Source: Amoebophrya sp. A120 | Lineage: Eukaryota > Protista > Dinoflagellata | Assembly: GCA_905178155.1 (NCBI GenBank) | Contig: CAJINV010000001.1 | Coordinates: 7,967,599 to 8,031,598 of the forward strand | DNA: 64,000 bases | Direction of reading: 5' to 3' | Part shown: positions 12,201 to 24,051 of the stretch, in pieces | How the letters are laid out: each line of letters begins with the position of its first letter | Position numbering within the stretch: position 1 is the stretch's first letter | Notes under the pieces: model-generated | The model's input: only the letters and a program-made list of their open reading frames with translations | What the model was told of the DNA's origin: nothing | The model's database searches: none | Translations under genes and position numbers: made by a program

Positions 12201-15200
12201 TTTGGTGATTACCCAGAGAGAAGCGCAGATGCGGCTGGATGACTTGCAGGAGTCGCAAAAGTTGGGCGACATTATCGTGACCGGGCCGGAGCACCGTTTG
12301 TCGCTTGAGAACAAGGCAATCGAGCTCGCAGCGTCAGAATCGCAAAAGCGGGACGTGGGCGCCAGCCGGGTTCTGTTTTCGTTGCTCCAGTACCATCGCG
12401 ACGTCGGCTTTGAGTGTTTGGACGAGTGCGACGAACTTCTGAACCCGAAGCATCAGTTAATTTACACCTTGGGCGAAGCCGAAGACATGGCTGGCGGGCG
12501 GTTTCGCTGGGTCGCTGCGAGCACAGTGCTGCGGGCCGCTTCGAAAGTTGCGGGCAAGCTGTTGGCGGAGTTCGGTCCCGACGTAGTGGACTTCAAACCA
12601 CACGCGAACACCTGCGAGTACTCTCCGCTTGGTCTGCTCGATCACCCGAAGCAGCGGGCAGCGTTCGAAAAGTTGAAGCTGCTTGTCCTGTTTGAAGTAG
12701 CGAAGAACTACGAAGCGCAGATGACCTCGGACCAAAGCAAATGGTTTAGAAATGCATCGCTCGCGGAAGACGGGGATCAATACCTGGCGAACTTGTCGGA
12801 TTCGCACAAAGACACGGCCTTGATCCTACGGGGCTTGTTGACATACGAAGTGCTCCTCGCAGTCCTCGGCAAAAGATACAGAGTCAACTTTGGCGCCCAC
12901 CCGACGAGAAAGTATAAAAGCTTGTTGGTGTTTAGACATCTGCAGGCTGTCTTAGTTTTCTGTTTTTACCTTTGGCTCGTCCTGCCGCAGCCTCCAGGTA
13001 CAAGGGGAATGGCACGTTAGAAGTGACAATCGATCTAGAGGCAGTTGCACTATTCTTTCTACTAACTTTCATGTTCCTCAATTTTAATCAGGGGTCTGCA
13101 AATGGCAGTGCCATATTTGGCGAAGGACGTCGCCAACGAGAGAACCGAGTTTGCACATCCAGATATCGCGCTCATGTTGACTTACTCGACCTATTACCAG
13201 TCTGGGCTGTCGCCGATGCAGTTGAAGGACGCTCTGACAAAGTTGCAGACGCTTTCCGACAGCCAAGCCCGCAGCATTTACCAGGACTGGACGAGAGACG
13301 CGGAAACTGTCGGCGAAGGCCTGAAATCGTATGACTCGCTAAACCTGGACGACCAGCATTGGTTCATGAAAGAACTCTACCCAGCTTTGCAGCGCCATGT
13401 CAAGGTGATTGATTTCTGGCTCACAAGTCTCGTCTACCCTTCGCAGGCTCGCCAATACGGTTTGAAATTGGTAGCAACTGCGTGGGACCTGGCTCGGGGT
13501 CCGGACACAGGTTGCGACGCTGTCACGGTTGGCTTCTCAGGTATAAACATAATAAATTGGATTTGGATTCATTGAGGGCTGCTGTTTCTTCTTTGTGTGG
13601 TCCTGGTTTTTCATCGGTACTTGTTGTTTTTCGTTGTTGCGAGCCGGCGCCATAGTGCATAGTGCGGCGTTGCGTCAAATTCTAAATTTTGCGGAAAATC
13701 AAAATAAGTAAAAACTTTCTTTTCCAGGCACCGACGATTTAAAGCCAGTGCTGCCGGCTACGGTGCAACAAAAAAACTTGCCATCGTTGAGCTCGACGAA
13801 CGGGCACCAGTTGCGGAGGCTGCTGCGTCCGGAGAACGACGAATACCTAGCTCTGCGGGACGAGAACACCGCGGCCGAGATCGTGCAGATTCTCAGCGAG
13901 CGCCAAGACATCTCAGTGGTTTTGGATCCGGGCGCGCTCGTGTTGCAGCTCTCCAACCGTGAATTTTGCCGGAGGTGGCTGCAGAAAAGGCCGGACGCCC
14001 TGGCTGCGGTTTTTTTCGACGAGGGCAACGCGATCCAGGTCATTCTGCAGGGAGCTAAGCCGGACGAGGAGGCAATTCCCTTTGCGCTCTCCAGCTTCAG
14101 CAAAGACATGACAAACTGCTTGCTGTACTTGGACGACAACCACACGAGAGGCAGCGACTTCCCCCTCGGGCCAACCTGTCGGGGTTTGCTTACATTAGGC
14201 AAAGGGCTCTGCAAGGACAAATTTTTGCAGGCCTGCAACAGGTTGCGACAGATCGGCATGGGGCAGTCTTTAACGTTCGTGGCCAGCCCAGAAGTCCATC
14301 GGCGACTGCAACAAATCCGCACGGAGGGGCTAACAAGCTTCGCCCCGAAGGCCGAGGCAGAAGAGAAAGCGCCGTCTCCAAAGTCATCCGGTAGTGCGAC
14401 GCCAAAGGCGAAGGCAAAAGCCAAGGCCAAGGCAGCCGCGGCAAAAGCTAAGGCGAAAGCTAAAGCCGCGGCGCCAAAGGCAAAAGCAGCCACTACCGTC
14501 ATGAAGAAGGCCCCCCAGCCTGCAGCGAAGAAGGGCGGCAAGCAGGCGGCTTCGAAGGAGGACGACGATGCAGAGGCGAAGCTCAGAAAGGAAATCGCTG
14601 CGCTGGAACAACTGCGGGATATGGGCATAGCGCTGAGTGCGCACCAAGAGCATCAGCTGCTGGAGAAGAAGGAAGATCTCGCATGCCTGCTTCGCGGGGA
14701 GTCTGGGGATGTAGTAAGTCCGATCGGCAAGAGTCCCTCTGCGGCGGCTGCAGCATTTAAAAAGCCTGAAGAGATGAATGACGCAGCAGCAGGGGCGCAG
14801 AACCAGCAGCAGTCCTCTTCGTCATCCACTTCTAACAACGCAATTAATGGCCTGCACAACATTCCGGTCATCCTGAGCTGGACGCTTCGCAACACGGCTG
14901 CGCGCATCTGTGACTTGCTGCCGTACTTCGCTTCGCAAGCGCGCAACTGCTTGCAGAAGACTGAGGCTGCAACGAAGTACAAGATTGCGGACGAAGTAAT
15001 AAAGATTCGCGACTTCGCTGGCGACGGATTCGAGGACGCAAAGGCTGAAAAAGCGTTGCTACACGAGACATTGACGGATTTTGCGAACGCATGCGTTGAG
15101 GACGAGACTCTCGCGCTGCAGGATTTGTACGGGCATGCGAGGAAACAGCAGACTTTGCCGGCGATCGTGCGTCAAAAGCTAAACATCTTTTTGAAGAAAA

Positions 15201-16225
15201 AGGGCAAAGCCAGCAGCGGCGCCTTCGCGCGAAAAATCGCCGAGGAAGTCGACAGCTTGGTTCCCAGCGTTACGCGCTTTGCTTCGATGTTTGACGAGGA
15301 GCAAGAAAAGGAACTGGAAGCAGAACTTGAGGAAGAATGCCAGGTGCAGCGCCCCCCCGCCGCGGAAGCGGCCGCGACCTTCATTTCCGACAACTTGAAG
15401 CGCGTTGCGACGTACGTCAAACAAGACAAGATTTGCCCCTTCTTCGACGGGTTGTTCAAGCCGTTGGAGAAAATTTTGAGCGACACTGGTCTCGCCCTGA
15501 CCTTTCCCGGGTTGCAGGACACGGTCTTCGTCACGCAGGCCTGGTTGCAGACCATTACCGCCAACAAGGAGAGTAAGAAGGTGCTCGCGGCCTACCTGAA
15601 AATGCCGGATTTTCTGATTCGCGTGCGGGTTCCGTCGCAGGGTACGCGGAACGGCAAGCAGGTGTACCTCGTGATCTCTAACTTCGAGGCGGACGAACTG
15701 TTCGCGACTAGTGACAAGCTGATTCTGTTCAGCCCTCTGGTGAGGCAAGACCAAAGTCCTGTTCTCGTGCGGGACCGCGCAATACCGGGGACCGAAGAGG
15801 GGTCAACCACCGACAACGAGCCGCAAAGCAACCCGTTTCAGCTGGTGATGATAAAGAACGTAGCTCCGGCTCGGTCCACCGTGGACGACTTTGTGTTCGC
15901 AGCGTTGCATGTGCTGGCGGGATCTGTGTATGCGGATGGTGCGTTGATGGAAAAAATCGGAAAATATTTCGCATTGATCAGTCGGCAACACTCACAATTT
16001 CGGGCAATGCTGAAGGACCAGAACATCGACCAAGATGGGTTTGTGCTACCGGCCGGCAGCGCCCGGGATTCTCTCGGAGTTTCCGCTTCGCCGTTTGAAA
16101 AATCGATGGTGAAGCCGCTGCGGAACTTCTTGGCCCAGGCCCGCCACTTGCAAGCGGAAATGGCGACAAGTCCGCTCGGAAGGTTGCTGGGCTGCGACAG
16201 TCTGAATACCGATACTGTAGTTTAG
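3225..16225 (+). CDS. Giant DUF6606 + DUF3638 + DUF3645 protein with SF2-like P-loop ATPase motifs, ~4165 aa, 4 exons: 3225-4728, 4865-12911, 13092-13540, 13728-16225
   Basis: Four long ORFs join in frame through GT-AG introns 4729-4864, 12912-13091 and 13541-13727 (12498 nt total). Motifs: KKVRDQV..PWRRS (DUF6606-like), QQNMGEGKT, LDECDELL (DUF3638), MAVPYLAKDVANERTEFAHPD (DUF3645), GFSGT, YLDDNHTRGSDF, QACNRLR. Confidence 0.85.
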
Positions 16226-17287
16226 TGGTACGAAGCAGGTTTGTTATTCCGAATAATCGATCGGTCAGTGTGAGAGCTACTAAAGACGAACTTTTGAAGA
16301 AAAAGAAAAAACGGTCCTGGTACAAGTAAGAAAACTGGATAGGAAAAGGAGTAGAACTCTGGGATAAAATAAGTACTCAGGTAGCTACTGAGCGAAATGA
16401 TATGACGCGAACTTTTTTTGTTTTACTTTTACCTTACGATAAGTGCTAGCAGTGCCAGTTATATGTGTGATTTACAAAAGAGATGATGCGTGTGCCAGCG
16501 TTTTATAAACTAAGTTTTTTTACGCAGAAACAAATTCCGAATTTCCGAGAACTATGGTTTGACTATCGATCGCTGCGAAATGCAAATGGAAGAATCACAG
16601 ATGAATTATATGACGAGGCGACGAAATACTTTTGGCGACAGTGAAAATCAAACCTATGAGTACGAGAACCTAGCAGATTGGTCAGAATTTTTCAGCGATA
16701 AAGCACCACATTCGAACAAGCGAAAAATAACTGGATTGAAGGCGGCACGTGTTATCCTCGAACCTTTGCGTGTGAAAGTATTGATCGAATTTTTGCTTCA
16801 TGCGGCGGCAGCGCAAAAGGAAAGCCAGGCGCGCGCTCTTTGTTGTGTTTCTCACACAAAACGCAATTTTCGGTGGCGACTTCGAAAGCAAGGATCCACT
16901 TGCCGTTCTGGGCTGATAGATTCGGATTCCGGTTTACCATCATCTCTGCTCGGATGGAGGAGTCAATTTCGAATCAGCATTGACGCAGACTTGCTTTTCA
17001 AATTTTCCTGCTTGCAGCCTAACCGGTCTTTGATCACATGCAAGAATTCATTCTGTGGCTTTTTCTGCTATTTTTTTTCGTTTTCCTGTACTTAGCTTAT
17101 CAGGAAACACTTCTCGTGCCCGTTTCTATTTGACTTTTTGCCCCGAGTTTCTTTCAAACGTAATAAATTCATTGCATTTCATTTTCATATGTAAGTGGCT
17201 GAGCGCCGCTGGTGAGGTCGTTTTTTACAAAAGAGAAAATCACAAGAATCGTCAGAAGATTGATAGAAAATGTCGACGCTGCGAACG

Positions 17288-18799
17288 ATGCTTCTCGCAG
17301 GAATTCTAACACTGCACCTGTGCTCGATTCCAACGGTAAGTTCCAGCCTCGCGGCGAAATTCAAAACACCTGCGACTGCCCAGGAAAAAGATTCATCCAT
17401 GACAGGCGGCGATCCAGATAGCGAGCAACCTACGCAAGGAATGAAAATCAACGAAACCCAAGTCCTCCTGCAGCAGCACTACGAGGCCGCTGCCTCTGCT
17501 CCGCCAGTGGCCGTCGTCGTGGTGAAGTATCTGATAAGTGGCACGATTTTTGCGCAAATCCCGATTCCCGGACGGAACGGCGATTTTCTGCAGCAAAGCA
17601 AACCCTATACCGTGCGACAACTTCTGAACGCCGACCAGTTTCGCTTGGAGATTGAAAACAACAGCAAGCCGTCTAAGTCTGATTCCAAGATTCGCCGCGC
17701 CTTCCGCCTGTTCGACGAGACCGGAAGCCGGAAACTCGGGCTAGACTCGGAGATTGATTTCAAGGAAAGGGAAACGGCAACGGACACTTTCCCTGCGACC
17801 GGCGGGATGCAAGATGTTGTTGTTCCCAGCGCGACCAGGTGGTATGCCACCATCGGGATCGTGGACGTGAGTCTCGACGTTCTGGATCCGGAGAGCTGGT
17901 GGGCGCATGGGACGGAGAACATGCCGTTTTCGAACCACCTGGCCGCGATCAAATCCAATCTGCACTTGTACCTCAATAACGATGGAACGATCAGGCAAAA
18001 GGGCACGCTTCCCGACGGATCGTTTCCTTTTGGAAGCTTTTTCGCACAAGTGCACGACTGGGTGCAGCACGCGCGCGCGAACAACAAAGGCTTCTTCTAC
18101 GGATACCAGTTCTACAATGCGGCGGAGGGGCCGGGGCTGCCGGGGCACCGCATGCTGTTTTCCGCAGACGCGGCGGCGCTGCTGCAGTTTCAGGCCGAGG
18201 CGGCGAACGCGCGCGGCCTGCAGACGCCGCACCAACAGGGTCGGAGTGCGTGGAGCATTGACGTTGGAGACCCCTACTTCTGGACGCGGTCTCCGGAGCG
18301 CTACTTTTACGACACACTTTGGGTTTCGTATAAAGACGAGGAGAAACAGAAAACGGAGAGAGGAGAAATAGAACCTGATCACATAGAGCAAGCTGACAAA
18401 AGGACATCCAGCTACTGGATTAGGAGCGCCTCGGCAGCCCCGGTGCTGCACGACGTGCCCTTTGGTCAGGTGCAATACCCGATGAGGAAAATGCCGGACT
18501 TTAGCAAAGATCGCGTCAAAGACGACTTGCACCTCGAATTTTTCGTGCCGAGCGCGACGGCAGAGGCTGAGTGGAAGACGGTCTCCGTGCTGTCGAAAGG
18601 AGTCAACATAGCCACCTACACGTTCCAAAGAAGTCCACGGCCGCGGGGAGCGTTTCAGTTGCGCAACGCCGCGCTGCGTGGTGCTAATGTAGACGACTCG
18701 ACGTTTGCGTGGAAGTGCACACGCATCAGCATCAATTTAAGCAACGGCGGGCGGTATACACATGTTTTCTCAGTGTCCCAGCCACTGGGGGGCTCGTGA
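17288..18799 (+). CDS. Hypothetical secreted protein (~503 aa; alternative start 17270)
   Basis: Single-exon GC-rich ORF; hydrophobic signal-peptide-like N-terminus MLLAGILTLHLCSIPTVSS; no recognised family. Confidence 0.7.
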   Translation: MLLAGILTLHLCSIPTVSSSLAAKFKTPATAQEKDSSMTGGDPDSEQPTQGMKINETQVLLQQHYEAAASAPPVAVVVVKYLISGTIFAQIPIPGRNGDFLQQSKPYTVRQLLNADQFRLEIENNSKPSKSDSKIRRAFRLFDETGSRKLGLDSEIDFKERETATDTFPATGGMQDVVVPSATRWYATIGIVDVSLDVLDPESWWAHGTENMPFSNHLAAIKSNLHLYLNNDGTIRQKGTLPDGSFPFGSFFAQVHDWVQHARANNKGFFYGYQFYNAAEGPGLPGHRMLFSADAAALLQFQAEAANARGLQTPHQQGRSAWSIDVGDPYFWTRSPERYFYDTLWVSYKDEEKQKTERGEIEPDHIEQADKRTSSYWIRSASAAPVLHDVPFGQVQYPMRKMPDFSKDRVKDDLHLEFFVPSATAEAEWKTVSVLSKGVNIATYTFQRSPRPRGAFQLRNAALRGANVDDSTFAWKCTRISINLSNGGRYTHVFSVSQPLGGS

Positions 18800-19539
18800 T
18801 ATGTGGCAAGCAAAAGGGTGGTGCGATGTGAACAATAGGTTTCGACATAGATTTCAAAAATGTATTTATTCCCGTGAAAGAGCAGCTCCCTTGTTGTTCT
18901 TCATGGAGATGAAAATTGCTTTTGCTGCACTAAAGATACTTAGATCAATGCATCATGCCCGTGCTTTGTTGGCTTGCTCTTACTTCCGTATAATGTCATG
19001 TTTGCGAAAACGAACAAAAGTTGTAGCCGACAATAGAATAGACCGATGTTGGCATGTGAAACCAAGTTGTCATTCGAAAATTCGTAGGATGAGAACGCCG
19101 TTTCTGCGCACAACTGGTTTCAGGCGGTAAACTTGTACAGTAATCGAAGCAAGATGAAGATCAAAAAGCTACGTCAATGATAAGGCAAAAGCAGTGGTAT
19201 AAAAAGAGTTACTTGTTATGGTTGTTCTTCTGCTTGGACATGCGCTTGCGTGCCCCGATCTACGTTGCAGTTTACTTATCGTAGTCCTCCCTGTCATCTC
19301 ATCGTTAGTATCGCTCGTCTGTGAAAGTGTCGCACTTACTTCGTCGTCGCAAAGGAGAAGGCATGAAGAAAGGCACTGTAGTCGAATAGACCTGATCGTG
19401 TTCTTGGCTCGTCGTCGTTACTGTGATTCGTTAAACTGGTGCTGTGATTCGATCGGTCTAGCCTCTTAAGTACTATGTCTCTTTCTGCTGTTGCTGCAAA
19501 AATATCATAACACTAGGCAGAGGCACCGCGAAAAAGAAA

Positions 19540-22500
19540 ATGGAAGACGCAGAAGCAATCACGATGGCGCTTCAGGGTGCCATCCCCCTGGCGCTCCGAG
19601 ACACGCTGGAAAACATTTGTGAAAAGTACGTCACTAGCGCGGCAGAGTTGAAGCAAATGGTCCTAGAGCTCGGCACCACGGACCGCCCGCAGGTCAAAAT
19701 CGAGGACGAGAGCGAGGGGACGTCGGCGCAGAGCGGAAAAGGCAGCTCGCTCGTTGACGATGGGGAGAACGAGGGGGACTCTGCCGCTGAGGCGAAAGAC
19801 GTGAGTGACGACGATGCAGCAAATCCGGATCACGGTGCTAACGAAGATAATATGACGGAGGAATCATCTGGTCCTGGCGACGAAAGTGGAAGCGGTGATT
19901 CGGAAGCGAAGAACACTGGTGATGACGTTGCAGCACAATCCGACGACCATGGTGCTCAGGAGGATAATGCTACGGTTGAAGAAGAAAGTGGAAGTCCTGA
20001 TGAAGAAAGTGGAAGCGGTTCTTCGGACGAACAAGCGAACACTTCTGAAGAAGGTCCTGCTGAAGCCGAAGCCGTTTCAAACTTTCCGCCGTACCCCGCC
20101 ATCGCTGCCCGGGCCGAGGCCCGTCTTTCCGCCGGGGTTCTGCCCGGCGCCACTTCGGGCATGGCGGCCCCGGACAGCCAAGTTCCCCCGCACTTGGATT
20201 TTTTGCCGCAGTCTTTTCTAAAAGAGACACTGGCGCGCGGTAACTACTGGATTGACGGACCCATCGGCTACAAAAAGTACCACTACGACGGACACAAACT
20301 TTGTCCGGTGGCCGCTGAAGAACCTGCGGAGGAGCCGGAACAAGTGGAGAAGAAACCCGAGACTGGTTGGGGCTCTTCTTGGGGCTCCTTGGGCGCAGAT
20401 GCGAAAGATGCTGCCAGCAGTAGCACATCGGAAGAATCGTCCAAAGCGAGCAAGACGCCGGGGCCGCCGGAGCTGTGCATTGTCGGGGGTAAGCTGTACA
20501 ACGCCGATAACAATTGGTACTGGGCACAGATGCCGCAGCGCCGGTATTTCCGTCTCAACCCTGACGAGGACACGGCAAAAATCATCGCGGAGCAGCGGAC
20601 TGCGACATCCGAGAGCGATGCCCATCCGCACAAAGGGGAGCACTGGCACGTTTCGCCGGCCGGGGCGAAGTTGCAGGAGGATAAGGTTCTTGCTGCGGGG
20701 GAAGAATCGCCCGCGGACGCGGAAGATAAACCCGACGAAAAAAATGAAAGTGGAGATGGCGATGAAGCGGGAAAAGCAGGAACGGGTGCTGACACTGACG
20801 AAGGCAAAGATGACGGAGGTGTTGAAGAGGCAGATGCAGGTGCAGCTGCGCCTGAAACAGAAACTGATAAAAGCGGGGATCATGGTGAAGCGGCAAATGA
20901 AGCAGGACCGGGTGCGCAGACTGACGGGACAGACGAAAATGAAGGAAGTAAAGAGGCAGATGCAGCGCCAGAAGCGGATGATGGTTTTTCAGCTCTTGAA
21001 AGGAAAAGAGAACGAATCCAAACTTCAGTTTTTGCCGAGCAAGCAGATGAGGCCTCCGAAACTGCAAAGCAAGAGGAGGGTGTTGCTGCTGCAGCCGCAG
21101 ATGGAGAAGCAAAGATGGACGTCGACCCGGCACCTGAGGGTGACGACCAGAGCGGTGCAGCTGTTGATTCTGAGAAACAAGATGAAGGCGACAGCGGGGA
21201 TGGGGAGATGCATATGGACAGCGATTCGCCCGCGGATGGAGACGGAAGTAGCGAAAAGAACCCAGAAGATCACGATGATGTTGAAGACCACACTACTGAC
21301 GACGCAGCTGCAGAGCAGGAGTCGAAACAAAGCCCACACCACCACACGCCCGACAGTGGACGAAAAGCGAAAAATCATGACGCGGAAGATCCCGCTGCAC
21401 GTCCGGGCCTGACCGTGACGGAGAGCGCGAACCCCGGGTCCAAGGTTTTGAAGAAACTGAACGCGCAGTACCCGGCGGTGGTTCTCGAGGAACCGACGCA
21501 GCAGTTTCCGCACCGTGCCAAATTCTTCTTTCCGGGTAAAAGCGTCGCTGGGTGGGCGACCTGGACCGGGAACGTGCACGATATCGGAGACCATCCACAA
21601 ACGGAGTTCATGGTCAAGAACCAGTTCCGGCCCAAGAATTTCGTCGACTATGTCCGACTGGCACGGTTTGATACCGTCGCGGAGGAAAAGAAGCTGCAGC
21701 AACAATGGAGGGGCTTGTACGAAAACCTGATGCCAAATAAATTGGAGGGACTCTACGAGGATGAAAAATTGAAGAAACAGGAAGAAATGGCGAATGCGCA
21801 CAAGCCGAATCCGGAGGAACTGTCTAAGAAGAAGAGAAAAATCACCGACGAGCTTCGACACGCACACTGCCTCGACGTGAGGTATGGCCGGAGCGAGACG
21901 AAGCAGGCGAGTTTGCGGTGTGCCGCCGGGGAGGTGGTCGACAAGTTGCTTGGGCGGCTGCGCATCACTTCGGAGATCATCCGCAATCCGGATGCCGTCA
22001 TTCCCTACAAGGAACCTGTTACAATTCGTGGCGCTGAGGCGGTCAGCACTTCGGCATCGTCGGCCACAGAAGAGGATCCAGTCGGCGGCACGGCCGAAGA
22101 CGTTTTGCGGGCGAGCGAGAAGCCAACGAAAATTTCCTACTTCACCGATTTCAACTTATCGGACGCGATGAAGACCGAGGGCGAACGGACGAGAGTGGCG
22201 AGTTTCCTCAACGATTTCCTGTTTTTTCCCAAGGATAAACGGAAAAGTTACAAGCTGCAAGTCATCGGCCCCGATGCGCCGCTGAACTACCCGAGTTACG
22301 TCAAGAAGGAATTGGAGCACCCGCGGGCCTGGGATCGTAAGTTTCACGAAAAGCCTGCTACTGACGACGTGACAGTCGAATCTTCTTCCAAAGATTCTGA
22401 CGTTCCGTCTTTTGCAAGTAAGTTCAACGCGGGTGAAGGCTACGGGACCCCCGAAGCACCGATGCTTGATAAGCCGAAGGACCTGGACTTTCAGACACGC

Positions 22501-22938
22501 GCGGACGACGCGATGTCGATTGGCGTACCGAAACTGGTAACGAAACCGCTGACAAATCTCCACTCAGCAGACGATGCGTCCAACACTGCGGCCTTTTTTT
22601 CCGTCAGGAAAAGACCGCCAAGTGAGAAAAGCAAGCAGCACAAGCCCGTGTTGGCGTTCCTGTTCGAAAGCGACGACGCCGTTCAAGGGAGAAAAGCGCG
22701 CAAGGAGGTGCTGCAGCCCAGCATGAGCGATGATGGTGCCTCGCGCATGCTGTACTTGGGGGAGGACGCGGAAAGCCCGTTGGTGTCTGCGCCGTGTCAC
22801 GAGGGGGAACCCTTCTCGTGCATGCCTGAGCTGCGGAAGTATCTGGGTCTGCCAGAACGGCGGCCCGCACAGAACCTGGAAAATAGTCTGCAGGAATGGT
22901 GGTCCAGCTACATGCAACACAAACGAATCCTTGCGTAG
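19540..22938 (+). CDS. Hypothetical acidic, low-complexity protein (1132 aa)
   Basis: Long uninterrupted ORF; D/E/S/G-rich disordered blocks with an internal duplicated DDxAA..DHGAxEDN..EESG block, alternating with globular-looking segments; no recognised domain. Confidence 0.75.
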   Translation: MEDAEAITMALQGAIPLALRDTLENICEKYVTSAAELKQMVLELGTTDRPQVKIEDESEGTSAQSGKGSSLVDDGENEGDSAAEAKDVSDDDAANPDHGANEDNMTEESSGPGDESGSGDSEAKNTGDDVAAQSDDHGAQEDNATVEEESGSPDEESGSGSSDEQANTSEEGPAEAEAVSNFPPYPAIAARAEARLSAGVLPGATSGMAAPDSQVPPHLDFLPQSFLKETLARGNYWIDGPIGYKKYHYDGHKLCPVAAEEPAEEPEQVEKKPETGWGSSWGSLGADAKDAASSSTSEESSKASKTPGPPELCIVGGKLYNADNNWYWAQMPQRRYFRLNPDEDTAKIIAEQRTATSESDAHPHKGEHWHVSPAGAKLQEDKVLAAGEESPADAEDKPDEKNESGDGDEAGKAGTGADTDEGKDDGGVEEADAGAAAPETETDKSGDHGEAANEAGPGAQTDGTDENEGSKEADAAPEADDGFSALERKRERIQTSVFAEQADEASETAKQEEGVAAAAADGEAKMDVDPAPEGDDQSGAAVDSEKQDEGDSGDGEMHMDSDSPADGDGSSEKNPEDHDDVEDHTTDDAAAEQESKQSPHHHTPDSGRKAKNHDAEDPAARPGLTVTESANPGSKVLKKLNAQYPAVVLEEPTQQFPHRAKFFFPGKSVAGWATWTGNVHDIGDHPQTEFMVKNQFRPKNFVDYVRLARFDTVAEEKKLQQQWRGLYENLMPNKLEGLYEDEKLKKQEEMANAHKPNPEELSKKKRKITDELRHAHCLDVRYGRSETKQASLRCAAGEVVDKLLGRLRITSEIIRNPDAVIPYKEPVTIRGAEAVSTSASSATEEDPVGGTAEDVLRASEKPTKISYFTDFNLSDAMKTEGERTRVASFLNDFLFFPKDKRKSYKLQVIGPDAPLNYPSYVKKELEHPRAWDRKFHEKPATDDVTVESSSKDSDVPSFASKFNAGEGYGTPEAPMLDKPKDLDFQTRADDAMSIGVPKLVTKPLTNLHSADDASNTAAFFSVRKRPPSEKSKQHKPVLAFLFESDDAVQGRKARKEVLQPSMSDDGASRMLYLGEDAESPLVSAPCHEGEPFSCMPELRKYLGLPERRPAQNLENSLQEWWSSYMQHKRILA

Positions 22939-23982
22939 GTTTCGTCCCAATGCATAGGATTTACCAGCAGGTTACTGTAAAAGCAATGCCATCAACATGA
23001 TCTGTAGAAGAAAAAAGGATGTGCCTGTAAAATAGGTGGACCCTGAAAAATGATCAAAGTGCTGCTTTTTGTTCTTTTCGCAACTTAGTCTTTTTCTAGA
23101 AGCCGTGCGTTCCCGTTTAGTTCATTCGTTTCTCGTTCCTGGCTGGTGAGTTAGACGCACATCGAAATCGACATCGACACCGAGATCGTGACATCGATTT
23201 TACTTGAGCTGTCGTCATCGCCAAGACTATTCTGCCATACTCGACCTCCTTTCGCAGACATAAAAAAGAGCCCCTTCATCGTATTTTTGCTGAAAAAACA
23301 GCATCTAACAAATCCAATGCTTCCTTCGCTTTTTCACTTGGTAATTGCCGTTGCGTATTATTGCGAGGAGGCCTAAATTGCTTCACTGCAAACGAGCGGA
23401 TTAATAGCGGCGTTGTCCAGCATATTGGCAGCCAGCATACAGGCTTGCTTTGCTAGACTAGAGTTTGGCATGAAATGACATCAAAACCTCGCATATTCGT
23501 GCATAGACTTCAATTGTGGCCCAAAGGAAATACGCACACGCCAATTGTCGAAGCGAATGCAAGTATGGAGTTTCTTCGATAGTCATATGATCATGGATAT
23601 GCTATCGTCACAGTGAAGCAGTTTTTCTTGCGATGCTGCTACAACCTCGTTTCTCTTTCTTCTTCTGAAATGTCAACAAACAAGTGCCTGAAACTGAATT
23701 AGCGCACGATCTCGGCAGTTTATTTATTTTTTTGAATTCACAAAACAAAACTCGACACGGTTTTTGTAACAATTTCAATTACAAGAAAAAATTAAGAAAA
23801 AACTTTTCGTCTTCTATCAGATTCAGACTCTAACACTTTTTCTAAACTTTTCTATCTATCTAAGACTCTACAACTTTTCGTCTATCAGATTCAGATTGAT
23901 TATGTATCAACATTAAAGAAATCGTTTCACATCCGGTCTACGTCTATCTCCACAACTCTTGTATCACTTTTATACCCCCAAG

Positions 23983-24051
23983 CATCTGAAAACTTGTAAA
24001 AATTAAAACTCTTGTAATAGAAAGAAATTTTCGATTTAGTTTTAGCATCGA
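23983..24051 (+). promoter_or_regulatory. Shared upstream/5'-UTR element, copy 1 (homologous to 39644-39712)
   Basis: CATCTGAAAACT..TGTAAA..AAAACT begins exactly 69 nt before ATG 24052, and the element ends in ATCGA just before the ATG. Confidence 0.45.

Noticed and set aside
16559-17095. 178-aa intergenic ORF
   Set aside because: Non-ATG start, AT-rich and no recognisable protein features.
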